Part shown: positions 52,490-64,000 of the stretch, piece after piece
Layout: every line of letters begins with the position of its first letter
Position numbering within the stretch: the stretch's first letter is position 1
Source of the DNA: Malacoraja senta
Taxonomy: Eukaryota
Reading direction: 5' to 3'
DNA: 64,000 bases
Assembly: GCA_038087875.1 (NCBI GenBank)
Contig: CM075988.1
Coordinates: forward strand, 23,128,001-23,192,000
Made by a program: the position numbers and the translations under genes
Notes under the pieces: generated by a model
Seen by the model: the letters and a program-made list of their open reading frames with translations, nothing else
The model's database searches: none
Told to the model about the DNA's origin: nothing

Positions 52490-53300
52490 AGTCCATGTAG
52501 TTGGCAAGACCAAGCATAGGCAAGATAACTGTTTCACCGAACACTTGAGCTTGGCCCACCAAAGGCCTACTGGATCTCTGGTTTCTAATCATTTCAGCTC
52601 ATGTACCCATTCCCATTCCGAACTTTCAGTCCTGGGCCTCCTGCATTGCTCAGAGTGAGGCCACACACACATGGACTAGTTTAGTTTTGTTTATTGTCAC
52701 GTGTACCGAGGGACAGTGAAAAGCTTGCTCAAGAAGGAACTGCAGAGGCTGGAAAATCGAAGGTAGACAAAAATTAGAGGGAAACAAGTGACTTCTGTCT
52801 CTCCAATGTTTATCTCAATTGATTTGTACCCTGCTAATATGGGATGCACATAGCCACTGATAGTTCTACAGTATAACTGCCAGGCCTTACTAATATTCTG
52901 ATAAAGCAACCTAAAATTAGTAGGTAGACAAAAATGCTGGAGAAACTCAGCGGGTGCGGCAGCATCTATGGAGCGAAGGAAATAGGCAACGTTTTGGCCC
53001 GAAACGTTGCCTATTTCCTTCGCTCCATAGATGCTGCCACACCTGCTGAGTTTCTCCAGCATTTTTGTCTCCCTACAGTGAAAAGCTTTTCTGGTGGAAC
53101 CTTATATTCCGCTTGGGTAGCTTACAGCCCAACAGTACGATCATTGATTGTCATAACACTATGAACATGAACAGTCTGAAGAAGGGTCCCGACCCGAAAC
53201 GTCACCCATCCTTGTTCTCCAGAGATGCTGCCTGACCCGTTGAGTTACTCTAGCAATTCCTGTCTATCTTTGGTATGAACATTGAATTCTCCAATTTAAG
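52490..53300 (+). mobile_element. Degenerate Penelope-like endonuclease fragment interrupted by younger insertions
   Basis: VGKTKHRQDNCFTEHL...LVSNHFSSCTHSHSELSVLGLLHC, resuming as IFRLGSLQPN (about 53105) and MNIEFSN (about 53275). Confidence 0.7.
53173..53206 (+). ncRNA. Minimal hammerhead-like core
   Basis: agt-CTGAAGA-a-GGGT-cccg-ACCC-GAAAC-GTC-acc. Confidence 0.55.
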
Positions 53301-54784
53301 GTAACACCCCACCCCTTCCAACCCCCACTCCCCCTCTCTTTCCTGTCCACCCTAACCTTGGGTGTTGACTCATTTGTCTCACTAATCTGCCCCCTTCCCA
53401 ATCTACCTGTATCCATCCCATTTGGATTCACATTTCACTCCAGCTCTCCTTTATCTGACATCCTTTTGTCTCCTTGTCATCTCTGGCATTTGTCCACCCA
53501 TCAGCCAAGCAAACCCTGCACCTCAGCAGTATCCACCTATCACTTGCCAGGCTCTGTCCCTCCCCTATAGGGTTTTCTCCCCACTATTACAATCAGTCTG
53601 AAGAAGGATCCTGACCTGAAACATTACTTATCCATTCCCTCCACAAATTCCCACAGCTAGCACTTAGTTCCTCCAGCACTTTGTGTTTTATTAAGATTCC
53701 AGTATCTGCAGTTCCTTGTGACCACATATAATTTGTTGGTGATTAATATTTACTCTTCATTATTCAGTAAGAGTGCATTTTATATTTTACACAGGAATAA
53801 TACAGTATCAATTGATTCTTGCTTGAAATGAGCATTATAATGAACCATGAAAGGGGGCCAGTGCCTGTTTTATGATCACGGCATTAAGTCTGTTTCTTCT
53901 CCTACTCTTATTCTCTTCCCACGGATGCTGTCTAACCTGTTGAGTATTTCCATCATTTTTCTGTTTTTGAGACATAGAGGCATACAGCGTGGAAACAGGC
54001 CCTTCAGCCCAACTTGCCCACACCAACCAACATGTCCCATCTATACTAGTCCCATGTACCTGAGTTTGGCCCATATCCCTCTAAACCTATCCTATCCATG
54101 TACCTGTCTAAATGTGTCTTAAACATTGCAATAGTGCCTGCCTCAACTACCTCCTCCAGCACCTCGTTCTATACATCCACCACCCTTTGTATAAAAAAGT
54201 TACCCCTCAGGTTCCAAAGACATACAGGTATGCAGGTAAAATTGGCTTGGTATAAGTGTAAACTTTCCCTAGTGTGTGTAGGATAGTGTTAATGTGCGGG
54301 GATCGCTGGTCAGCGTGGACTCGGTGGGCCGAATGGGCCTGTTTCCATGCAGTATCTCAAAACTAAACTAAACTAAACTAATGCTTTCCCCCCTCACCTT
54401 AAACCTATGTTCTGGTCTCTCGTCTTCTAAAACCTTTAGATATGTGTGTCAAATAATGGATGAAACATTTAGAATACGATAAAATTTACGTAAGGTGAAT
54501 CACACTTTAATTTTCCCTTTCAGTAAAACCTCTGATAAATCTTACCAATGTATTAGTAATTTCCCTATATCTATAGGGCAAAACCCACATGAGGTTTTGA
54601 TTTTAAAAGTGATTGCAAATCTAATTCTCACTCTTGGAAACAAATTTTATCATTAAGAAACGTGACAGTGTGATGAATCTTGAGCAAAAAATACAAATTG
54701 CTGGAGTAGCATAACTGGTCAGGCAGCATCTCTGGAGAACAGAGATAGGTGCCGTTTCGAGTCGGGATCCATCTTCAAGAGCAC

Positions 54785-55051
54785 AGCACATTTTTGTAAG
54801 CACTGCCCAGGCCATCACCGGCTCTGAGCTCCCCACCATCAAGGGATCTATCATAGTCGCTGCCTCCAAAAGGCAGTCAACATCATCAAAGACCCCACAC
54901 CATCCTGGCCACACACTCGTCTCACCACTGCCATCGGGAAGAAGATACAGGAGCCTGAAAACTCTAATATCCAGGTTCAGGAACAGCTGCTTCCCTACAG
55001 CCATCAGGCTATTAAACACTACAACCTCATAAGCTATGAACTACAATAGAC

Positions 55052-55088
<37 letters not shown>

Positions 55089-55212
55089 GTTTGTTCTTTT
55101 TTTCCTGAATTTTTGTTATATTATTTATTATGTTTACATATTCTGTGCTGCTGCAGCAAGTAAGAATTTTAATGTTCTATCTGGGACACATGACAATAAA
55201 ACACTCTTGACT
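54785..55212 (+). mobile_element. Rex1/Babar-type LINE 3' end
   Basis: AQAITGSELP...IIKDPHHPGH...LPSGRRYRSL...RFRNSCFP remnants. Confidence 0.7.
55052..55088 (+). repeat. (TAT)n microsatellite
   Basis: About 12 perfect units. Confidence 0.95.
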
Positions 55213-55696
55213 ATTGATAGAAATTGTTGATACAGTGATATAAATAAATATATATATATATATATATCTTTAACAGTGGGAAAATCGCCCAAGACTCCAA
55301 AACACTGGGCTCATGTTCCATGCAATTCATAAGATTAGAAGCTGAAGTAAGTTTTCAAGATATTAAGGAGGTTTAACAGAATCGACAGGAGATATTTCTG
55401 TTCAATGGGGAATCTAGGAGTCACAGGGTCAAACAGCATGACAATAGGCTATTTGGCCCGCCCTGTCTCTGCTGACCAATGAGCATCCTTGTGTATTAAT
55501 ACCACCTGCCAGCATTTGGTCAGATATGTGGATAAGTAATTCAAGAGCTGATTTATGATAAAGACCCAGAGGTGACAAGGAGGAAATATTTGATTCACAC
55601 CGCACGTTGTTATTATCCAGACCTGCCTCACAAGATGGTGGATGCAGCTTGAATAGTAACCTTCAAAGAGTTTATAATTTTGAAACAGAAAAAAAC

Positions 55697-57210
55697 ATGG
55701 GCCCCATATCTGAGTAAGGATGTGCTGGCATTGGAGAGGGTCCTGAGAAGGTTTATGAGTATGACCCAGGGAATGATTGGGTTAACGTACGATGAGCGTT
55801 TGACGGCACTGGGCCTGTACTCGCTGGAGTTTAGAAGGATAATAATAATAATAATAATCATTTTATTTACTGGCGCCTTTCTAAAACCCAAGGACACCTT
55901 ACAATGCATAGAATCACAACAAAACAAAAAACACATAATCGGAATAAATTAAATAAAAAAACACCACAGTACACAAATCAAGGACAGAATTCAATTTCAA
56001 AAGCACCAAAAGAAAATAAGAAACACAATTTGAGGAGAGAGCAGCGGCGACCAATTCGCGCCAGCGTCCACTCTCCCCTCCGACCGCCATCTTGTACACG
56101 GACTGACAGGCACAGGCACAGGCACAGGCACAGCACACAAAATCATCCCCCCACAATGACCACCACTGTGGGGGAAGGCACAATGTCCAGTCCCCAACCC
56201 AGTTCTCCCCAGAGTCAGGCCCATCGAGGCCGCCACAGTTGCCTCTACGGAGGCCCGATGTTCCCGGCCGTCGGGAGAGTCGTCGGAGCGGCTGGAACGG
56301 CCGGTTTCCCAGCGGAGTCGATGGCACCTGAAGCCGACAGGGCCGCGCTGATTTGGAGCCACGAGGCTCCCGATGTTGGAGTCGGCGCCGCCGCCCGCAG
56401 CTGGTCGCTCCGCAGTCCCGCAGCCCGGAGGTGTTGAAGTCGGCGGTCCAGCTCACCGGAGCTCCAGCGCGTCGATCCAGCGCGGCGACCCAGGCAAGGC
56501 ATCGCCCGCTCCGCTCCCCGATAGCGCTCCAGCGCTGTGCCGCCACCGAAGCTGAAGGTGCTGGGCGGTCCCCGTCAGGAAACGGCGCTCAATGCCCGCT
56601 GGTAGGCCACGAGGACGGGTCGACGAGGCAGCCTGGAGAAAAAGCTGCCTCACCGACCAGGTAGGGACCTAGAAATAGTTTCCCCCATTACCCCCCCACA
56701 TTAAAAGTCAAAAAACCCCAAACAAACAAAGAAATAAAAAACACTAAAACTAAAGAAACAGTGAATTTGACGGACGGCTGCTGTTTAGCAGCCGTTCCTC
56801 CAAGATGGCGGCTCCCATGATGAGGGGGGGACCTCATTGAAACTTACCAAATAGTGAAAGGCCTGGATAGAGTGGATGTGGAGAGGATGTTTCCACTAGT
56901 GGAAGAGTCTAGCACCAGAGGGCTTAGCCTCAGAGTAAAAGGACGTACCTTTAGAAAGGAGATGAGGAATTTCTTTAGTCAGAGGGCGATGGAATGCTTT
57001 GCCACAGACGGCTGTGGAGGCCAAGTCAGTGGGTAATTTTAAGGTGGAAATTGACAGATACTTGATTGGTAAAAGGTGTCATGGTTTATGGGGAGAAGGC
57101 AGGAGAATGGGATTGAGAGGGAATGATAGATCAGTCATGTTTGAATGGTGGAGTATACTCGATGGGCCGAATGGCTTTCTTCTGTTCCAATGACTTATGA
57201 ATTTATGAAC
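55697..57210 (+). mobile_element. CR1 LINE fragment interrupted by a CpG-rich insertion
   Basis: WAPYL...LGLYSLEFRR breaks at about 55840 and resumes gaggggg-gacctcattgaaac at about 56820. Confidence 0.85.
55840..56817 (-). mobile_element. CpG-rich non-autonomous retroelement with an L2-type tail
   Basis: Minus-strand 3' end tgtaaggtgtccttgggtttagaaaggcgcc-type stem-loop followed by (ATT)n; GC-rich body; no recognisable RT. Related tails at about 21214-21280 and 40895-40960. Confidence 0.6.
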
Positions 57211-60200
57211 TCCTGAAATTTTCTAAGTCAAAACAGCAGGAGATAGATCCAATTACACAGCTGAACAACTCACTGACATATAATGCAGGCCAAATGATCT
57301 CCCTCTGTGCTCTCCCCAATATAGAATAAAAAATCCAAACTTTTATTAACATTATAAGTCACCAAATCCAAATGCAATTATCACAGTGAATGGGTTATAG
57401 GAAAGAAGTTGGCTATTATGGGAAAAGACTCAGAAATTTCTTATTGTTCTCAAACCGATATTCCATTTTATGAGTTAGGTTTCATGACTTTCATTTTTAA
57501 ACTGCACAACTCAATTCCTTCACTCTGGGGGAATGATTCATGATGATCTGTACTGGGGACATCATTAATAATAAGAATGACACATTTGGCCTTTGTAAAG
57601 TCCACTTTTCACATGCTAAAATAGGATAGGTGGATGGCAAGAACCCTTTTACAGGTCCAGCAAGCTATGGGCAAAGTACTGGGTCTGAGGTGAAAATGAG
57701 CCCACGTTCCTCCTACAAAGGAGAGTTACGACCTTTTAGAAAGGAAATAGAAGGGTTGGCCATGGACTTGCTGAGATCACCCTGCCTCAGGTAACATCCT
57801 CGCCCACAACAACACCTGCGTGGGTTTTCTCCGAGATCTTCGGTTTCCTCCCACCCTCCAAAGCTGTACAGGTTTGTAGGTTAATTGGCTTGGTAAATGT
57901 AAAAATTGTCCCTAATGTATGTAGGATGGTGTTAATGTGTGGGGATCGCTGGTCGGCGCGGACCTGGTGGGCCAAAGGGCCTGTTTCTGCGCTGTATCTC
58001 CAAACTAAACTAAACAGGCACAAGTCCAGGGGTACCCCACAGATACAGCACTTGATGTATCTTGTGTCAGAGGTTAAGGGGAGAAGGCGGGAGAATGTGG
58101 TCAGGAAGGAGAGAAAGATCAGCCATGATTGAATGACGGAGTGGACTTGATGGGCCGAATGGCCTAATTCTGCTCCTATCACATAATCTTATGATGATCT
58201 GGACATGTATTGTACTCCCCACAGTGCCATCTTATCGATGCAAAGCAGAGAATCAACTTGTTTTATCAAATACGCACAGAACATACGATCATCTTTTTGT
58301 GCCAACTTTAATGTTTACACTCGTGTTGTAGATCAAACTTTTAATAATTGTTCAAGATGAGTTATTTATTTGATATTTAATGTTTTTTTTTAATGATTTT
58401 AAATTACAAATTATTAAATATCCCTCACAACTTTTGTAGCCTGCAAAGAGAAGTCAGAACACAGCAAAGTGACCAAGGACCTTTATGTGGCGACTATTTG
58501 AATACCTTGGGTATGCAAGCTAAGAATTTCACTGTGACTTGTCACATGTGACAATAAAGTATTCAATTCAATTCAACTCAGCTGTATCTCAGGGAAGGAT
58601 CTCTGCATTGCATCGTTGGTGCCTCTGGTATCATTCAATGAGCACCAAAGTAGCTGCCAGAGGAGGTGCTGTAATAATCAGGGTGGCACGGTGGCGTGGT
58701 GGTAGAGTTGCTCGCAAACAGCACCAGAGACCCGGGTTTGATCCTGGCTACGGGTGCTGTCTGTATATTGTTCGCATGTTCTCCCCGTGACCTGCGTGGG
58801 CTTCCTCCGGGATCTCCGGCTTCCTCCCACACTCCAAAGACATACAGGTTTGTAGATTAATTGGCTTGGGTAAAATTGTAAATTGTCCCTAGTGTGTGTA
58901 GGATAGTGTTGGTGTACAGGGATCGCTGGTCGGCGTGGACTCGGATAGGGCTGAAGGGCCTGTTTCCGCGCCGTATCTCTCAACTTAACTAAACTAAAAA
59001 AAAATCCAGCTTTTGTGTCGAAACGTCACTCATTCCTTCTCTTCAGAGATGCTGCCTGTCTCGCTGAGTTACTCCAGCTTTATGTGTCTATCTTCGGTTT
59101 GAAGCAGCATCTGCTGTTCCTTCCTAAACATTCAAAAGAGAATTAGAAAGGTGCGTGGATAGGAAAGGTTTAGAGGGATATGTGCCAAACACGTGGCGTG
59201 ATGCGGCGATGACGCAGCGTGATGATGTATATGACGCAGCGTGACGCGACGTGATGACGTATTGACGGGCGGTATTTTTTCAAGTGTCACAACATTTTTT
59301 TGTCACCGCTGGATTTTGAAATGTTCAAAATCTTTTGGCGACACTGATATGTCGCCGAAAAAATCGGCAAGTTATCGGCCTCCTATAGCCACCCTTTCAC
59401 TGCATCAACCGCCCCCCCCCCCCCCTCCCAATTCAGCTCCCTGACCTCAACCTCGATTTAATGGGAAATTAATGACAAATATCAATAACGTCATCATCAT
59501 TACGAATGCAATCTTTGTGTCACTCGTTAATCAAAAATCGCTTTTCTATGAAGTAAAGGTGAAGATATTTATTTAGTTTATCAGGTATCGGTTCACTGTG
59601 GATGGCTTGATTGTAATCAGGTATAGTATTTCCGCTGGTGGACACAAACTGCTTGAGTAACTCAGTGGGTGAGGCAGCATCTCTGGAGAGAAGGAATGGG
59701 CGACGTTTCAGCACAAAAGTACTGGTGCTGTTGATGTGGAGTCTGCATGTCCTCCCTATGACTTCAAGAGTTTTCCCTTGAATGCTCCAGTTTAGTTTTA
59801 GTTTAGTTTAGAGATATATCGTGGAAACAGGCCTTCGGCCCACCGAGTCCACGCCGACCAGCGATCCCCCCCACCCTGCCCACACAGTAGGGGCAAATTT
59901 TATACCAAGCCAATTTATCACCAAACCTGTACGTCTTTGGAGTGTGGGAGGAAACCGAAGGTCTTGGAGAAAATCCACACGGTTACGGGGAGAACGTACA
60001 AACTCGGTACAGACAAGCACCCGTAGTCGGAATCGAACCCGGGTCTCTGATGCTGAAAGCGCTGTCAGGCAGCAACTCTACCACTGAGCCACCATGCCGT
60101 CCTTTGATTTCTCTCCAACTTCCCTCTCCTCATGAAAGACATTAACTGAGAAACAAGGAACATGAAAAGACTCGATACATCAAAAAAAAAACCATCAGGG

Positions 60201-63200
60201 TTACATATTCTAATCCTCTGTGGTCTACCACTTCTGCTGTGCATCACTGAATGCAAAGAAAAGTTAAGCACTTTTTTTTAAGGTTATTCTCCTGATAATA
60301 TCGGAAAAAATAGGTTCCATGCATTTATATATATAGGCATTTCCACTTCAAAAAAAGATATATTTAAGAAAGTATTTGGTTAAGGCAGAGGAAGTATGCT
60401 GCTATACAGGAAAGTAACGGCAGTCACCTCCTCTAATAATGCCACAGATTTTTTTTTTCTGTTAAAGTAGTTCATATTTCCAGCACGGTGGCGCAGTGGT
60501 AGAGTTGCTGCCTTGCAGCGCCAGGGCACCGGGTTCGATCCTGACCACTGGTGCTGTCTGTATGGAGTTTGCACGTTCTCCCCCTGACCTTTGTGGGTTT
60601 TCTCCGGGTGCTCTGGAATCCTCCCACGCTCCAAAGACGTGCAGGTTCGTAGGTTAATTGGCTTCGGTAAAATTGTAGATTGCCCCTACTGTGTGTGTGA
60701 GTGTGTAGGATAGAGTTAGTGTGTGGGGATATCTCCATCTTTTCTTTTCTTATTTCTTTTTTTTCTCTTCTGCACTGCTTTGGTAGCTTAGGGGTCTTTT
60801 CCTGCTCTTTTCTATTTTATTTATTTTCTCTTCATTCTTTTCTTTTTTCTTTCTTTGTTTTCCTTTTTTTTTTTTTTTTTCTTTTTTTTTAAAGGTAGGT
60901 TATAAGTTTAAAAATGAAGCTGCACAGTAATTGTATAATTGTTATGCCGATCGTCTTATCCTTGTACAATTACTTCTAATAAAAAAATTAAAAAAAATAA
61001 ACTAATCAACATTCAAAAGAGAATTGGACTGGTACATGGATAGGGAAGGGTTGGAGGGATTGGTTGCTTGTGTACCCAAAGGGGCAGGTTCAATGTCTGA
61101 CCCAGAACAGACATAAACTCCACGTCTTAAGTTGCAGGGCTTCAAGACCACAGCGCCTCAGAAGGTGCATTGTCAAAACTTGTTCCCCTCTCAATGAAAC
61201 ATCAGCTGACAGATGTACATGTGGCCACTGTCTGAACTCCCACAAAGGAAAACCCACCACCTCCTCACTTAGTTTCTGAGGGTTGACTTTCATCTCTGTT
61301 TCCTCCTGCGATATGCTCGTCAGGGAGTAGAGACGGATGCAGTGCTGAATGGAACCTGATCAGCTCCAAATTGCCACATGATCTGAAAAACAGGAGAGAA
61401 TATCAATATATCTTTTAACATGCCTTAAGTTTTGAACGCACCTATCATTTTCCAGTCTACACTTTTTTCATTAGGAATTGGCCATTTGGAATTGAATGCA
61501 GCTAGTTGAAGGGTAGGTTCCCTTCCATAGAACACGGCACAGGGGTCGACACTAAATGCTGGTGTAACTCAGCAGGTCAGGCAGCATCTCTGGAGAAAAG
61601 GAATAGGTGACGTTTCGGGTCTGGACCCTTCTTCAGACTGGTCTGAAGAAATCATACACGCGGTCTGAAGAAGGGTCCCGACCCCGAAAAAGTCACCCAT
61701 CTTTTTTCTCCCGACAGAGCACACGGAGGGAAACCCACGCGGATCCAGGCAGCACATGCAAACTCCACACAGACAGCACCCGGGGTCAGAATCAAACCCG
61801 GGTCCCTGGCGCTGGGAAGTAGCAGCTCTACCCGACGCGCCACCGTGCCGCCCTGTGTGTGCTACCCACAGTGGTTTGTGGAGGGAGAGTGAAATGCAAT
61901 TAGATCTCTCTGAATTAGGAGCTGCATTGAACTCCATTCAACACCAGTAGTCGAGAAACCATGAGACAAACTGTGAGATCTTGGAGATAACCTAGTCCAA
62001 CCAGATAGAATATAAAAAGCAAAAGAAAATAGGAGCAGACAAAATATGTAGGAAGGAACTGCCGATGCTGGTTTATACCGAAGATGGACACAAAATGCTG
62101 GAGTAACTCAGCAGGTCAGGCAGCATCTCTGGAGGAAAAGAACAGGTGATGATTCAGGTCGGAACCGTTCATCCGACCCAGTTTTCTCCAGAGATGCTGC
62201 CTGACCCACATCAGCTACTCCAGCATTTAGTGTCTATCTTCAGCAAATAGAAGCAGTTAAGACCCATTCAGCCTGCCCAACCACACAGCTGCCTCACAAC
62301 ACCAGAGACCCGGGATTGAGTCTGACCCCGGGTGCTGTCTGTGTGGAGTTTGCATGTGCTGCCTGTGCCCTCCGTGTGCTCTGGTTTCCTCCCACATCCC
62401 ACATCCCAAATGAACGACGGAGTGGACTTGATGGGCCAAATGCCCTAATTCTGCTCCTATAACTTATAAACCTGTGAAGCTGTTGGCAATTGTATTCCGA
62501 CTTCCAGCAGTGGCCGGGACCTCTTGTGGGGAACCTTTTTAATTCCACTTCCTTGGTCTTCGCATACTCGTCCTGCCCTGAGTCTCATTGCCCAATCTTT
62601 ATCTCAAACTGCCTTCCCAAGTAAACTCTTCCTGGTACACTCCTCCGGTGAGGAATTAGACAATAGACAATAGGTGCCTTCGAGCCAGCACCGCCATTCA
62701 ATGTGATCATGGCTGATCATCCACAATCAGTACCCCGTTCCTGCCTTCTCCCCATATCCCCTGACTCCGCTATCTTTAAGAGCCCTATCTAGCTCTCTCT
62801 TGAAAGCATCCAGAGAACCTGCCTCCACCGCCCTCTGAGGCAGAGAATTCCACAGACTCACCACTCTCTGTCGGAAAAAGTGTTTCCTCGTCTCTGTTCT
62901 AAATGGCTTGCCCCTTATTCTTAAACTGTGCTTAACTTAGCGCATACCGAGGTTTGAAAATTGATCATGACTTCATTCAGCATTCAATACAACACTGATC
63001 CTCAACTTGAAACATCAGAAGGGAGCCCTGGACATTAATAGAATCATATCTACAGCTAGAAAAAGAACAGCAAATATGCTGTAATCAGTTTACGATGTCT
63101 TTAGACAGCACTGGTGGTGAGTAGTTCCTGTTGATTGATGAGTGTTCAGCTGTGAGGTTAAGAGGCTGCTGAGTGGAGTTGAAATTAAACGTGACAGTGC

Positions 63201-64000
63201 TGGTGTCAGATAAGTGTGTGCACGCCTGTTACACCCTCTGCTCACTACTATTGTATCTAACGTGTTGACAAGGGTTTCAGGGAGAATTGTTCCACAGGTG
63301 CAGGCTCACATCGAAGGGACATTGCAGGCATTAATGTATTAAACAACATAAGCTAACAATTTTAATCTGTCAATATGTGGCTGTCCATCCTCCTGGGAAT
63401 AAATCAGAGATGTGTAACACATAGTTCTGCTTCGACTGAAGTGAAACTCCAGCAAAGTATTCTCAGTTTGCAAACATCTTTGGCCCAAACTCTTTAATTA
63501 AGCTTAAAGACTGGCCATACATGCCATCACTCCGTGAAGCATCCCTCCATTTCAAACTTTATTGGGTCTGCAAAACCCCCCAAAAATGCAATGAGTAACA
63601 AGTTACAGAAACCTAATAGAGTGATACAGCGTGCAAACAAGGCCCATCAACCCAATTTGCCCACACCAGCCAACATGTCCCAGCTACACTAGTCCAACCT
63701 GCCCGCATTTGGCCCATATCCTTCCAAACCTGTCCTATCCATGTACCTGTCTAACGGTTTCTTAAACGTTGGGATAGTCCCAGCCTCAACAGCCTCCACT
63801 GGCAGCTCGTTCCATACACCCACCACCCATATGTGTGAAAAAGTTGCCCCCTCAGATTCCTATCAAAATCTTTTCCCCTTCACTATAAACCGATGTCCTC
63901 TGGTCCTTGATTCACCTATTCTGGGCAAGAAACTCTGTGCATCTACCCGATCTATTCCTCAAATATAGACGCAAAGTGCTGGAGTAACTCAGTGGGTCAG

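Larger units (their letters stand above)
49656..52980 (+). repeat. Direct duplication of about 205 bp (49656-49860 and 52776-52980)
   Basis: acaagtg(c/a)cttctgtctctccaatgtttatctcaattgatttgtaccc...ctaaaattagtaggtagacaaaaatgctgg at a constant offset of 3120. Confidence 0.9.
51747..54092. repeat. Inverted duplication, about 570-bp arms (51747-52317, 53521-54092)
   Basis: Arms are reverse complements with scattered substitutions and include unique AT-rich sequence. Confidence 0.9.

Noticed and set aside
55914..56664. Cluster of long overlapping ORFs (up to 210 aa)
   Set aside because: Stop-poor because of high GC inside a mobile insertion; no recognisable domain.
57200..64000. BTG4 exons or miR-34b/c expected from mammalian synteny
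   Set aside because: No matching peptide or miR-34 hairpin recognised by eye.

Overview
AT-rich, repeat-dense vertebrate genomic DNA. The repeat content (HE1-type V-SINEs, CR1/HER1-type LINE 3' ends, Penelope-like fragments, Rex1/Babar) points to a cartilaginous fish, probably a skate or ray (inference). The only host gene I can support is POU2AF1 (OCA-B/OBF-1/BOB1, the B-cell Oct coactivator) on the minus strand: exon 1 CDS 50601-50574 (MAQKVHWQK), exon 2 8441-8319 (OCA motif RPYLGVRVKDPVKELLKRKR), exon 3 6128-6086 (43 nt) and exon 4 1933-1647. Intron 1 is about 42 kb, and the last exon appears to lie beyond position 1. Main observations: (i) exon 2 ends in phase 1 but the conserved exon 3 starts in phase 0, so including exon 3 frameshifts and skipping it restores frame; (ii) the usual start Met of the MxWQK motif is GTG, with two in-frame upstream ATGs; (iii) a very abundant short Penelope-derived repeat carries a minimal hammerhead-ribozyme core (CUGAAGA-stem-GAAAC-GUH) and occurs as monomers, a tandem dimer, long hairpins and a 66-bp minisatellite; (iv) two recent inverted duplications and one direct duplication that brackets exon 1; (v) a MITE group with shared termini but different interiors. 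Nearly all other ORF-track entries are repeat-derived. No searches were run; family names come from motif recognition.
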